NCBI GenBank assembly: GCA_964541815.1
Contig: CAZIRI010000003.1
Location: 156 to 64,155 of the forward strand
Source: an uncultured Lachnospiraceae bacterium
GTDB taxonomy: Bacteria > Bacillota > Clostridia > Christensenellales > UBA1242
Length of the DNA stretch: 64,000 bases
Direction: 5' to 3'
The notes beneath the pieces were generated by a model. The model ran no database searches. It saw only the letters and a program-made list of their open reading frames with translations, and was not told the origin of the DNA. The position numbers and the translations under genes are program-made. Shown here piece after piece: positions 25,101 to 32,628 of the stretch; position 1 is the first letter of the stretch; every line of letters begins with the position of its first letter.

Positions 25101-28096
25101 TTAGATTTGATTCATACACTTATAGTGAAAATGGAGATGAAAAGAAATTGACACCTAAGCAAAATCCTGAATATTACAAGTTGAGTCAATTGAAGCAAAC
25201 ATCATCATTGGGTTATGATACAGTGAAATATAAGGCTGGTGAACTTTATTATGTATATAAAATACCTGAAGAAGAGGATACAAGCAAAAATGGCTATGGA
25301 ATTGCTCTTCAAAGTGAATATACAACAATCAAAGCGAAAATGCTTGATAAGAGTGCAATAAGCAACCTCAAATTTGACAAGCAAACTGGGATGCTCACTT
25401 GGGAAAACAATTCAGGTGTCATACTTAATGATGAAGCAGATTTTGTTTATAAAATCAAAATAACTCAAACATATCGCTCAACTTCTGATCAAGGGGAGTC
25501 TCATGAAATTTTGTGTATTAAATATTTTTATACAACAAAGGAATATTTTGATTTCATCAATATGAAAGAAAGTGATTTCGTTGAAAATGCAGAGTCGTTG
25601 CAAGTCGAGATTCAAGCATTTGCAGGACAAAAATCTGACACAAAGCCATCAAATGGTTCTTCATATCAATCTCTTATTGAGGGCGGATATATTTTTGGTT
25701 CTGCAACATATATGGAGCAAACTGTAAATGAAGACGGAGTGACAACAAATGTTGACAGCGGAATATATGTTTTGAGAAGTGAGGCAGTTGCATATTCTGG
25801 ACAATTGCAAAAAACTGATTCAATCAAAGAAGACACATTGGCTGTTGCATCAGGAGATTTGACTTGGAGATTTAATGCTGTTGACGGGAGCGATAAATAC
25901 ACATTCTTTGTTTTTGATGAAAATGGTCAAGTTGTTGATGGAGAATTTAGCGAAGAGCAAAAGAGTGGAGATGAATATGAAGTTGTGTTCAAAGACAAAA
26001 ACGGAAGCATAACTGCAAAGAATCAAATCTTGACTGTTTACGCTTTGAAAACGGACGGAGTTCACTTCAAGTCTTTAGGCACAAAAATTGAGGTTTGCAA
26101 ACTTAAAGCAGTTCAAAAATCCGATGTGACAATTCGCAACGAAAGCAACTATGAAGTGATTGACTTGACAACATTCTTTGAAAACAATCAATATATGAAA
26201 TTGACTTCTGACAAAGAAATTCAATCTGGAAAGACATATTACACACTTGCTGACGGGAAGTATACTGCCGTTGATTCGCCAACAAAAGACGATATAGCAA
26301 ATTATTATGAAAAGATTGATGTCGATGTTGAAGTTGTCATGACTGTTGGCGGAAGGGAAAAGTTCGTCATGAATGCGGACAATCCAACAGTGAAAGTTTT
26401 GACATCGAATGATGGTTCAAGTGGGGCTCTTATTGTCAAAGATGCGGAGAGTTTTGATTTGGCATTTGAAACAAGAAATATCACTGTTGAGGGTTCGACA
26501 ACAAACTTCTTGTATAGCGATGTAAATGAAGACATGAAAATTGTCAGACCTGCTTGGGCGAGTGAAGACAAAATCACTTGGAACGATCAAAAGAAGCGTT
26601 TTGAGTGGGAATTCAATGGGGAACAACCTCTTGTTGAGTCTGGGAAATTTGCAAGAGTGATAATGAATGAAGATAAAACATACAATGTGAGCGAAGAAAC
26701 AATTGAAAGAAGTGCGGGAGAAAACTTCTCAATAGTTTGCAAGTATGATGATAAAAATTATATTGTCAAATTCACAAGTGGCGATATGGTTCTGATGAGT
26801 GAAGAACTTGTTTCAATTCCAATATACTATGTCACAGCAACCTACACAAATGGCGATTCAACTGAAACAAGATTGTATGAAACAACTGAAAATTACTTTG
26901 TGCCAACTATTGTTGGAGATGTTGCAATTTCAATCAGAGTGAAGTTGAGCGGGGTTAGTTTGCAATCACAAATGCTGGAATATTCAAGTGAAGATGAAGA
27001 CGGCAATGTGACAAAAACTGTGGCATATGACCTTTATACAAGCGGTTCTGGGACAAATGATGACCCTTATATAATTGGAGATGAAACACAATTTGGAAAC
27101 ATTCGATACAAAATGAGTGAACGAAGCGACTATTTGATGTCATACACGGACGAAAGCGGAGAAGTTGTGTCAGAAAAGACTGGAATTTATTATTTCAAAC
27201 TAAACAACGACATAACGCTCTCTGCATTTTCGGGTGTGATGTTTTCGGGAGACTTCTCTGGCGATATTGACGGAGATGGCAAGCAATTGACATACACAAT
27301 CTATGACAGTGTCGATTTGAGCAAGAGCGTGTCAGTGAATAATACACTCGCTTTTGAAAATCAAAAAAGTGAAGTCAACTATTCTAGTGGTGCATCGCTG
27401 TTTGAAAATTTGACAAAAACGGCAAAAATACACGATTTGAAACTCTCTGTGACTTTTTCAAAAGCGAGTGATTCAAGTTCTCTTTCTGGAGATGGAAACG
27501 GAATTTATTCAGCACTTGCAATCACAAATTCGGGAGTTGTGAATAATGTTAATCTTGTCGGATATAATTTTGCTTCAACAGACGGAAACTATTGGGCTAA
27601 AGATGGATATTATCAAGCATATGCGGGTCTTGTCGGAAAGAATGTAAACAGTGGCACAGCAATAATATCAAACTGCACAGTTTCTTGCGATATTTCCTTG
27701 ACAGATTATGGAGTCTATCAAAGACTGTATTTATCGGGAATTGTGTATTGCAATGAAGCGACTGTGACAGCGTGTTCAACTGCGACAGACACAACAATGT
27801 CATTCCTCGCACAAGGAAGCGGAACTAGTGGTGGCTCGCCAATACAAATGTCCGCACTTGTTGGTGTGAACAATTCAGGCACAGTGAAAGATTGCACAAA
27901 CAACAGTTCGTTGAATATTGCAAACAACAATAGTTCTAAGCAAATCAGCGCATATGTTGCGACAATCATTTGCAATCTAAATAATGGAACATCGACAGGG
28001 AATCATGACAACGGACAAATTTCTTCGGGTGAGGATGTTTCTTTGATAGATGAATATACAAATTCTAATATGTATGCCAAAGTTGTTCAATCATAA
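16139..28096 (+). CDS. Giant surface lipoprotein (~3,985 aa) with Big_2-like and many FN3/Ig-like modules and a C-terminal GLUG beta-helix domain
   Basis: I chose the ATG at 16139 (MKKRNFAFMSILAFLFGGFLTAC, lipobox L-T-A-C) after SD AGGAG (16127-16131). A Big_2-like segment is VSVGDSVNLYDYL...SSGSSQVYATY. An FN3-like signature recurs: W-x-x-V-x-x-A-x-x-Y (LSWTAVADAKYKVKV, YQWSEVANAGGYLLTIY, MSWNVVNGAKEYVVEV, LTWRFNAVDGSDKYTFFV). The C-terminus reads DDPYIIGDETQFGNIRY...FSGDIDGDGKQLTY plus GLUG-like repeats. The ORF is uninterrupted. Confidence 0.85.
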   Translation: MKKRNFAFMSILAFLFGGFLTACDFKDAKANFQQEEIVVSVGDSVNLYDYLTFENVEKGDISFKCENSDIVASSAGELVALSSGSSQVYATYKNNLLSSINVFVRGFFDAPATVNYVDGQLIWSPVYAEDKNGDTEYAGGYIISGTRTAPDGEVSEINEFISSSKNSINFTDAGHYVISIQTLGGIGYFDTTKEENAKIYTFDCGYMKKLKASDIVWESDGKLSWTAVADAKYKVKVNGVELGNLQTETSYNLSETITNGTADEYNISVVVYDANGNLNGNRYECESEQIVVSKLSSPTILCENGKLKVVSQQEVDEFDFTFTSLSGTGGIIQINEKCTGREYIDAFDTLSAGEYFLTVQVKKNGLYFSGDSVATLQKIVKLSKVTIEGTGANVENGTAVNVSFSAGDNASSKMQVSINGNASEMATTANSIDFGGTGTYVVKAMQIPDDTNNAYALNSVESDEVTFTVLSWGEDKQITHAYVEVGEDQKVDVSKLSFDSVDGASKYTLFVKSASVWEKVGDCEQNAYTFNGKIENLYDKKVIENKLTFKVVASGDDKSTVSVSKEKVVDVLPKAEEVVRSDNTSKTYQWSEVANAGGYLLTIYRTMNSDLYGETSPNYENVGWTESVKTVTTNSVTLEDFGYYHIEIQSISNDENLYISSLDVFKGKFYICEKLSISSDDFKFGYNSEYNKETLATGGICHGYFIQIKNSTAENIVKYAVSLSDGEKTESGEIVKSSGDYTIYKFASDFSGSGKTYTISIVEKSDNVYVKTSDTEVVSNKTYYTKTTDNNKDVYTIVTSPTVENIGNYYEKYTKCDATIYLDSDAVTKTVERLKNVEISDIVVGQLNLSVSSSLAKESISQSLSLKSIENASTSINCGEDFVTNGSYDIANISSGNNVTFQYIGSRIKSNIYEVQDSTIYLSGESLAVAFKRIVTPTSLKYEKGELHFTLTSSTGVNATYYRVLISFVDENQRVSRIDVCVPPESGEVTAECAGTKYSLGQLNCYNFGDNIVKINITTILEKIQENEVLGSLYTQAKEVGFSASCFISEGGETNNGIVYNISSQFATAEDNSIVLKVEKLVAPKLSYTYANGTLTFNWNEVSAKGDTTYRLYTNGDVSGSCTVTKLVKQFGSDISDLKPATQYIFYVTAINDLYLESSRSNTLTIYKLSQIDAISLSDGKIVYQLKEKDYASGVQCTTDAGTPTVTTESCTIVGKGTYKLSVKGQEKNVEYEYVKTSDTSVDETKTYYTLTNGEYIAVTSPAVENIENYYEKYIESDATIYLDSDVTIWTVEEMSELAPTDNKVSFASNSISWQEFASGKTLNVEYILYFKDINEKIVSYNNGKGASVDLTTSIVRENFESLASGDVEIFVVAKLNNYSVSNGSTVQTIYFANGVKLPNGETANNVYLYTSTTVRKLEAPTVTSVQFDGEDATPNIVVTFTGNFTGDTGFDIYFGGVQIDDETKDEDGATLFEEIEIESVSGTENSFSFTVPYARYNSLIAGGETKILKISADSASQFPSSSGSVAISRAESVKNVKFVESNGKLTKNVEIELTSSQFTAGGIALEITATPVSGNATTEVVNIDCSQIVDNSLKLNYDLSTILNKEVYKDCQSIQLNARLKCFADDANKTYILSSTYSLMDVVTYKIIPCVDNSTDLKKTSSGFTIDKTYNDADISSKEIQYILTVTKYNDGKTETERHNEFTITKNDNEKYEFVFPRGAEWESGTYTFEIQTVYVNDASESASTNNLLDSAKSTFTWELTRLDIIDANSISCTRDADNLSLVTMSWNVVNGAKEYVVEVVDEKGETLCSHTITGTTTRASCSMQDMIQNVEYISSDIQATVSIYAKSDLSEGIAVSFPITIRANTLISEPASVDENGVLCLSVQKGMTYLYRIVNSDGDDVKKWTKVTAESDTVKIDTNALTKGVNWHVEIAVYGNVDGNAVNPTTANPAIVADSKILVATNTFIPTEKICSIARNEQEGNKNIMAVEAPQEFTNILVGLSEDAVMTGEVASIKVNSIGSSKTDGYAIYGLALGDVISAFKTANIDVPTSNDPQTMWLWIYKESTENARYIVSPSFESQFIYMEKTSITYQGTVKLGDENTEKFADTYVKFAGDSTALGIYVRITTYEKENNPITVLKFCDSKSMLETSKDVFGDANNFAINLTALFEKKAGEGEVSLRDVEGDLTIEYAKLTYSTSNKLFGLNEWLGTDENGKEFGFYRLSKPGNVKLSGGDISWTDGNPKSSRYYVYFATQLNEDQDDLESASQYSYVYTQKTSYSASEYAGIEQKYHIAVQSINSDPFVLSSSRVFISKDDAITEIYRNQVSGGLELVGGALRFKLANTEFATNLVALAGKAENASDSDIEDFMNETYQAPFTFKISDLFGDNISVRLKFTSLDVETNGKYQTFDVKAKYLLQNLFDVNSGLEGKLKTLADKTSKLNSIRDFFSRSTGGIATQQLICDEIFNSLSIGNYSIQYQILGGTNTLNSYWYDFCNIENGNRNIIYINSQPDYTIRCETDANGNNKYSVTFKKTDVVSGYENVYTLVENPVSEKIKAYFEKTYVQTSDTGIVDGKTYYTKTTDNDKDVYTVVESPTVGNISTYYEEEYTLTTDTEISSEKEYYELTSCTPIMSPATSYVMKLYTSSDSYYTFDFNGIDVSGNATMKIGAQTIYSKDVVNEGTVTVYDADKDGNTTDKSGNAIVGGGYYKFYLNCVDDSLLGVFGDLIEKYSYKMQIYAVGTDFSLSSKSQCFNVTFLDFTGLSLENGVLSWTSVGTTKVWCNSSSTDKGGTSSYIGTLTAKDAINGRQNLPVSKMGAGKYDSIQFQEIGGVYSESVDVDSVIYQLDNVYKYSAPTVSTELGLIKIDSTANDIDNIFSQSGVDMRIITTIREKTTSSEGSGEEKEGGSAELIGNLGKMRSNDSIMYNDVSTSSSRLITQSKTYEVGGSSEYERTEMTATEFNVATVGSTVEKFASDTSGNLLMKLTPMIRFDSYTYSENGDEKKLTPKQNPEYYKLSQLKQTSSLGYDTVKYKAGELYYVYKIPEEEDTSKNGYGIALQSEYTTIKAKMLDKSAISNLKFDKQTGMLTWENNSGVILNDEADFVYKIKITQTYRSTSDQGESHEILCIKYFYTTKEYFDFINMKESDFVENAESLQVEIQAFAGQKSDTKPSNGSSYQSLIEGGYIFGSATYMEQTVNEDGVTTNVDSGIYVLRSEAVAYSGQLQKTDSIKEDTLAVASGDLTWRFNAVDGSDKYTFFVFDENGQVVDGEFSEEQKSGDEYEVVFKDKNGSITAKNQILTVYALKTDGVHFKSLGTKIEVCKLKAVQKSDVTIRNESNYEVIDLTTFFENNQYMKLTSDKEIQSGKTYYTLADGKYTAVDSPTKDDIANYYEKIDVDVEVVMTVGGREKFVMNADNPTVKVLTSNDGSSGALIVKDAESFDLAFETRNITVEGSTTNFLYSDVNEDMKIVRPAWASEDKITWNDQKKRFEWEFNGEQPLVESGKFARVIMNEDKTYNVSEETIERSAGENFSIVCKYDDKNYIVKFTSGDMVLMSEELVSIPIYYVTATYTNGDSTETRLYETTENYFVPTIVGDVAISIRVKLSGVSLQSQMLEYSSEDEDGNVTKTVAYDLYTSGSGTNDDPYIIGDETQFGNIRYKMSERSDYLMSYTDESGEVVSEKTGIYYFKLNNDITLSAFSGVMFSGDFSGDIDGDGKQLTYTIYDSVDLSKSVSVNNTLAFENQKSEVNYSSGASLFENLTKTAKIHDLKLSVTFSKASDSSSLSGDGNGIYSALAITNSGVVNNVNLVGYNFASTDGNYWAKDGYYQAYAGLVGKNVNSGTAIISNCTVSCDISLTDYGVYQRLYLSGIVYCNEATVTACSTATDTTMSFLAQGSGTSGGSPIQMSALVGVNNSGTVKDCTNNSSLNIANNNSSKQISAYVATIICNLNNGTSTGNHDNGQISSGEDVSLIDEYTNSNMYAKVVQS
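18446..18613 (+). repeat. Copy 1 of the dispersed intragenic 'TSD...KTYYT...SP...NYYEK' module
   Basis: VKTSDTEVVSNKTYYTKTTDNNKDVYTIVTSPTVENIGNYYEKYTKCDATIYLDSD. The nucleotide sequence is closely similar to copies 2 and 3. Confidence 0.8.
19841..19996 (+). repeat. Copy 2 of the module
   Basis: VKTSDTSVDETKTYYTLTNGEYIAVTSPAVENIENYYEKYIESDATIYLDSD. Long identical nucleotide runs are shared with copy 1, for example gtgacaagtcca.cagttgagaacattg.aaattattatgaaaaata. Confidence 0.8.
23828..23962 (+). repeat. Copy 3 of the module
   Basis: VQTSDTGIVDGKTYYTKTTDNDKDVYTVVESPTVGNISTYYEEEY. A degenerate half-copy follows (TLTTDTEISSEKEYYELTS). Confidence 0.75.
26201..26317 (+). repeat. Copy 4 of the module (more divergent)
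   Basis: LTSDKEIQSGKTYYTLADGKYTAVDSPTKDDIANYYEKI. Confidence 0.7.
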
Positions 28097-28125
28097 TTTT
28101 TGAGGAAAAAGAGTATAAATATGTT

Positions 28126-28992
28126 ATGAAAAAAACTGTTTATGCTCTTTTTTTGATTGTTTTGCTCTTCTCAAATGGTTGCTCAAAGGTGGAAAGCGAG
28201 AATGTGAGCGATATTTTGTGCAAATGTAATGCGTTTCGAATTTCAAAAAGTGTTGACGGAAACGGCAAAATTTCAATGTGCTACACATTTCCTATCAACT
28301 CCAAATTTTTTGTTGACAATGGATTTGAAAACAAGGATTTGGAAGTGTATAAATTCTATCTGTTGACCTATGTCAACACCCTTCAAAAGCAAGTGCAGAA
28401 AAACAGTGTTGACGGAATGGCGGTGTCTGGTGTTTTGTCTTTTGATGAGATTGATTCATATGGGTTTGCTTTTACATTTGAAAATGCGACAGTTCAAAGT
28501 GAATTTTTTGGCAAAAAGCAAACAAGCGAAAATGAAAACAAAGGGAATAATATTGAAAAAAGTGGATTTTTTGTTGAAAAAATTGCAATTTCGACAAATT
28601 TTCCTATCTCAACAATTGAAAATGCACAAAATTTTATGTCAATTTGCAAATATTCTGTTGTGGCAACATCTCAAGCAAACTCTTTAAGTCAAGAGCAGGT
28701 TGATTTGTTGAATTCAGCCATTGACAAAGCGGTTTTTGTGTATGATTATTCGACCAGCGAAACGGGGCTTTGTTCGGATATGACGTATCAACGAAACGGG
28801 CTTTATCACAATGTTTTTGTCAAATCGTTGAGCGACATTGAAAGTGACCCCAAAATTTGTTTTTGGACATGTGCTGTCAATAAGGGAGTTTGGTATATTT
28901 GTGCAACAATTTTCGTCCTTTTTCTTATGATTGGTCTTGTTTTGTGGTTAAAAATGAGTGAAAAGAAAAAAAAGTTGAAAAAAATTAAATAA
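28126..28992 (+). CDS. Hypothetical lipoprotein with an additional C-terminal TM anchor
   Basis: 288 aa. Signal/lipobox MKKTVYALFLIVLLFSNGC. C-terminal TM helix VWYICATIFVLFLMIGLVLWL followed by a poly-Lys tail. It starts 29 nt after the giant gene with no terminator between them. Confidence 0.6.
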   Translation: MKKTVYALFLIVLLFSNGCSKVESENVSDILCKCNAFRISKSVDGNGKISMCYTFPINSKFFVDNGFENKDLEVYKFYLLTYVNTLQKQVQKNSVDGMAVSGVLSFDEIDSYGFAFTFENATVQSEFFGKKQTSENENKGNNIEKSGFFVEKIAISTNFPISTIENAQNFMSICKYSVVATSQANSLSQEQVDLLNSAIDKAVFVYDYSTSETGLCSDMTYQRNGLYHNVFVKSLSDIESDPKICFWTCAVNKGVWYICATIFVLFLMIGLVLWLKMSEKKKKLKKIK

Positions 28993-29018
28993 TTTTTTGA
29001 AAATTTATTGTATTGCTA

Positions 29019-29047
29019 TTGTCTTTTTTGTTTGAAAATGGTATAAT
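29019..29047 (+). promoter_or_regulatory. Promoter of typA
   Basis: TTGTCT (29019-29024), a 17-nt spacer, then TGgTATAAT, an extended -10 (-10 hexamer at 29042-29047). Confidence 0.5.
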
Positions 29048-29077
29048 AAAAAATATTATTTTTGAAAGGAAAAGATT

Positions 29078-30910
29078 ATGGAAAATAAAAATATCAGAAA
29101 CATTGCAATTATTGCCCATGTTGACCACGGCAAAACTTCACTTGTCAACGAACTTTTGAAACAAGGAAATGTTTTCAGAGAAAATCAAGTTGTTGAAGAT
29201 CGAGTTATGGACTCAAACGACATCGAAAGGGAAAGAGGTATCACCATTTTGTCAAAAAACACATCATGTTTTTATGACGGTGTGAAAATAAATGTTATCG
29301 ACACCCCAGGACATGCTGATTTTGGTGGAGAAGTGGAAAGAGTTCTCAAAATGGTTGACGGAGTTTTGCTTGTTGTTGATGCATTTGAGGGGCCAATGCC
29401 ACAAACTCGTTTTGTTTTGGAAAAAGCACTTTCACTCAAATTGAAAGTTGTTGTTGTCATAAACAAAATTGACAGACCAGATGCAAGAGTGAAAGAAGTT
29501 GTTGATGAAGTTCTTGAACTTTTCTTGGAACTTGATGCTGACGAAGATCAACTCAATTCGCCATTTGTTTTTGCGTCCGCAAGACAAGGAATTGCCTCAA
29601 CTGACCAAAATGTTTTGGGAACGGATATGAAGCCTTTGTTTGAAACAATCATAAAGCACATTCCTGCACCAACTGGCGATGCAAATGCACCATTGCAAAT
29701 GCTTGTTTCTTCCGCTGAACACAACGAATATGTCGGGAAACTCGCTGTCGGAAAGATTGAGAGAGGAACGGCAAAAGTTGGACAAAATATTGTTGTGTGC
29801 AACTATCATGACGAAGCAAAGAAAGTGAAAGCAAAAATCGTTTCGCTTTTTGTGTATGAGGGATTGAAAAGGACGCAAGTTGAGTCGGCAAGTGCTGGCG
29901 AAATTGTTTGTATCGCTGGAATTGAAGATGTTCAAATTGGGGACACAATCTGTGCTGACACAAATGTTGAACCTATCGAATTTGTCAAAATTGCAGAACC
30001 AAGTGTTGAAATGACTTTTATTGTCAACGACAGCCCTTTTGCAGGAAGAGAAGGAAAGTATGTCACATCAAGACATTTGAGAGATAGATTGTATAAAGAA
30101 GCAATCAAAGATTTGTCATTGAGAGTCGAAGACGGTGACACTGCTGACAAATTCAAAGTTCGTGGCAGAGGCGAAATGCATTTGTCAATCTTGATTGAAA
30201 ATATGAGAAGAGATGGATATGAATTCCAAGTTTCCCAACCAAAAGTTTTGATAAAAGAAATTGACGGAGTGAAGTGTGAACCTATTGACAGATTGTTCCT
30301 TGATGTGCCAGAAGATTGTGTTGGTGCTGTGATGAACAAAATGGGCACAAGAAAGGGTGATTTGCAAGGCATGACCCCACACGGAAACCGTATGAAAATG
30401 GAATTTTTGATTCCATCAAGAGGTTTGTTTGGATTTAAGTCGGAATTTTTGACTGACACTCGTGGTGAAGGAATTATCAATTCAATTTCCTATGGATACG
30501 AACCATACAAGGGCGAAATTGTTCGCCGTGAATCAGGGTCATTGATTGCTCACGAAGACGGAAAGTCAATTGTTTATGGATTATACAACGCACAAGAAAG
30601 GGGAGAACTCTTTATCGGTGCAGGCGTTCCAGTTTATGGCGGAATGGTTGTTGGAAGCAATCCAAAGGGCGGAGACCTTGTTGTGAATGTTTGCAAGGAA
30701 AAACACCTTTCAAACTGCCGTTCTTCTGGTTCTGATGATGCATTGAGATTGACTCCACCAAGAATTATGAGTCTTGAAGACTGTATCGAATTTTTGGGTG
30801 ATGACGAATATTTGGAAGTGACTCCAAAGTCAATCAGAATAAGAAAAATCATTCTTGACCACAATTTGAGATTGAGAGAGCGTGGAAAGATGTTGAGAGG
30901 AGAGATTTAG
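29078..30910 (+). CDS. typA: Translational GTPase TypA/BipA
   Basis: 610 aa. G motifs [27 protein letters not shown] and NKIDR. The length and C-terminal domain are typical of BipA. Confidence 0.95.
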   Translation: MENKNIRNIAIIAHVDHGKTSLVNELLKQGNVFRENQVVEDRVMDSNDIERERGITILSKNTSCFYDGVKINVIDTPGHADFGGEVERVLKMVDGVLLVVDAFEGPMPQTRFVLEKALSLKLKVVVVINKIDRPDARVKEVVDEVLELFLELDADEDQLNSPFVFASARQGIASTDQNVLGTDMKPLFETIIKHIPAPTGDANAPLQMLVSSAEHNEYVGKLAVGKIERGTAKVGQNIVVCNYHDEAKKVKAKIVSLFVYEGLKRTQVESASAGEIVCIAGIEDVQIGDTICADTNVEPIEFVKIAEPSVEMTFIVNDSPFAGREGKYVTSRHLRDRLYKEAIKDLSLRVEDGDTADKFKVRGRGEMHLSILIENMRRDGYEFQVSQPKVLIKEIDGVKCEPIDRLFLDVPEDCVGAVMNKMGTRKGDLQGMTPHGNRMKMEFLIPSRGLFGFKSEFLTDTRGEGIINSISYGYEPYKGEIVRRESGSLIAHEDGKSIVYGLYNAQERGELFIGAGVPVYGGMVVGSNPKGGDLVVNVCKEKHLSNCRSSGSDDALRLTPPRIMSLEDCIEFLGDDEYLEVTPKSIRIRKIILDHNLRLRERGKMLRGEI

Positions 30911-30931
30911 AGATATAAATCTCTCTTTTTC
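30900..30931 (+). terminator. Intrinsic terminator of typA
   Basis: gagagattta (30900-30909) pairs with taaatctctc (30916-30925): a perfect 10 bp with a 6-nt loop, followed by TTTTT. The stem overlaps the stop codon. Confidence 0.7.
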
Positions 30932-30943
30932 ATTGATTATAAA

Positions 30944-30972
30944 TTGACAAAATTTGTAATTGCTGTTATACT
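30944..30972 (+). promoter_or_regulatory. Promoter of the dnaB operon
   Basis: TTGACA (30944-30949), a 17-nt spacer, TATACT (30967-30972). Confidence 0.55.
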
Positions 30973-30993
30973 TTTATATAAAGGGAGTTTTAT

Positions 30994-31245
30994 GTGAGAA
31001 ACACTGAAAATCAAGACTTAAAAAGAAAACTTAAACGAATCGGATTGTTTTTGCTTATTGTGTTCATTCCAATTCTTGTTGTTTGCGTTCTTCTTATTTG
31101 TTTGAAAGTTCCACAATGGCTCAATATGATGGTTTTGGTGATACTTTTGTTTTTGACATACTTTTTGTTTATGTCGATTTGCCAAAAACTTGACAACAAG
31201 AAAAAGGATAGAATGTCAAAGAAAAAAGACCCATTTTCAGATTAA
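30994..31245 (+). CDS. Small two-TM membrane protein, unknown function
   Basis: 83 aa with a GTG start 6 nt after AGGGAG. Two hydrophobic helices and a basic C-terminus. Confidence 0.5.
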   Translation: MRNTENQDLKRKLKRIGLFLLIVFIPILVVCVLLICLKVPQWLNMMVLVILLFLTYFLFMSICQKLDNKKKDRMSKKKDPFSD

Positions 31246-31257
31246 AGGAGAGAAGAC

Positions 31258-32628
31258 ATGGCTGATTACAAAATTTTGCCCAACAGTTTGGAAGCGGAAC
31301 AAGCATTGCTTGGATGTGTTATGTTGGACAATGATGCACAAATTGATATTTTTGGCAAACTTGAAGCAGATGACTTTTATTCTGAAGCGCACAAAAATAT
31401 ATACAACAGCATGATAAAGATATACAACAAAAGCATTCCAGTTGATTTTGTCACACTCACAAATCAACTCGAAGTTGAAAAAAAGTTGGAGATTGTCGGC
31501 GGGATTGACTACATCACATATTTGACAAATGTTGTTCCGTCAGCAGCAAATTTCCAGCACTATATGGAAATTGTGAAAAACAATGCAATGCGAAGAAAGT
31601 TGATTGCACAGTCGCAAAACATAATCAAAAATGCATTTGATGCAGAAACGGGTGAGGATGCGATGCAGTTTGCAGAAAAGCAGATTTTTGACTTGTCGCA
31701 AAAAGAAACGACTTCTGATTTGGAACTTGTCGGGCGACCTGGCGGAACGCTTACAAATGTTTTGAAGCAGATTTCTGAAATTGCTGAAAACAAAGGCAAG
31801 TTGAGAGGAATTCCAACGGGTTATAAAGAATATGACGCAATCACAAACGGGTTGCAAAAAGGGACGCTAATTTTGCTCGCTGCCCGTCCTGGTGTCGGAA
31901 AAACATCTTTTGCGATGAATATAGCAGTCAATGCGGCGGTGAATGAGGGCAAAAAAGTTGCGATTTTTGACCTTGAAATGTCAAGAGAAGAATTGATGCA
32001 AAGAGCGCTCGCTTCTCTTGCGAAAGTCAACCTGGCAAATGTGCTGAATGGGACAATGAGTTCTGATGAGTGGAAGCGAATTTGGACTGCGGAAAAGAAA
32101 CTTGCTCAAAGTTCACTCTATGTTGACGATTCGTCGGTGATAACACCACTTGAAATTTTGTCAAAATGTCGAAAACTTAAAATGACGGACGGACTTGATA
32201 TGGTTGTTATCGACTATTTGCAGTTGATGACAATGGGCAAGAGTAACAGAGAATCGAGAACACAAGAAGTGTCTGATTTGACCCGTTCTTTGAAAGTTGC
32301 TTCAAAAGAATTGAATGTGCCAATCATCTTGCTTTCACAATTGTCCCGTGCGGTTGAAGTGAGAGATGATCACAAACCAATTTTGTCCGATTTGAGAGAG
32401 TCTGGCTCAATCGAACAGGATGCGGATATAGTTTTGTTTTTGTATAATCCAGAAAAATACAACGATGTGCAGACGCAAGATGAGCCAGGGACGGTTTATT
32501 TGCTCATATCAAAGCACAGAGCGGGGCGACTTGCGGAAATCAAGTTGCGTTGGGTTGGAGAATTCACAACATATCTAAATTACGACGAAAAAATTCAAAT
32601 TGAAACAAGCGAAAAGGAGGAAGTATGA
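31258..32628 (+). CDS. dnaB: Replicative DNA helicase DnaB
   Basis: 456 aa. N-terminus LPNSLEAEQALLGCVML. Walker A ARPGVGKTSFAMN. Also VIDYLQLM and LSQLSRAVE. Confidence 0.95.
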   Translation: MADYKILPNSLEAEQALLGCVMLDNDAQIDIFGKLEADDFYSEAHKNIYNSMIKIYNKSIPVDFVTLTNQLEVEKKLEIVGGIDYITYLTNVVPSAANFQHYMEIVKNNAMRRKLIAQSQNIIKNAFDAETGEDAMQFAEKQIFDLSQKETTSDLELVGRPGGTLTNVLKQISEIAENKGKLRGIPTGYKEYDAITNGLQKGTLILLAARPGVGKTSFAMNIAVNAAVNEGKKVAIFDLEMSREELMQRALASLAKVNLANVLNGTMSSDEWKRIWTAEKKLAQSSLYVDDSSVITPLEILSKCRKLKMTDGLDMVVIDYLQLMTMGKSNRESRTQEVSDLTRSLKVASKELNVPIILLSQLSRAVEVRDDHKPILSDLRESGSIEQDADIVLFLYNPEKYNDVQTQDEPGTVYLLISKHRAGRLAEIKLRWVGEFTTYLNYDEKIQIETSEKEEV

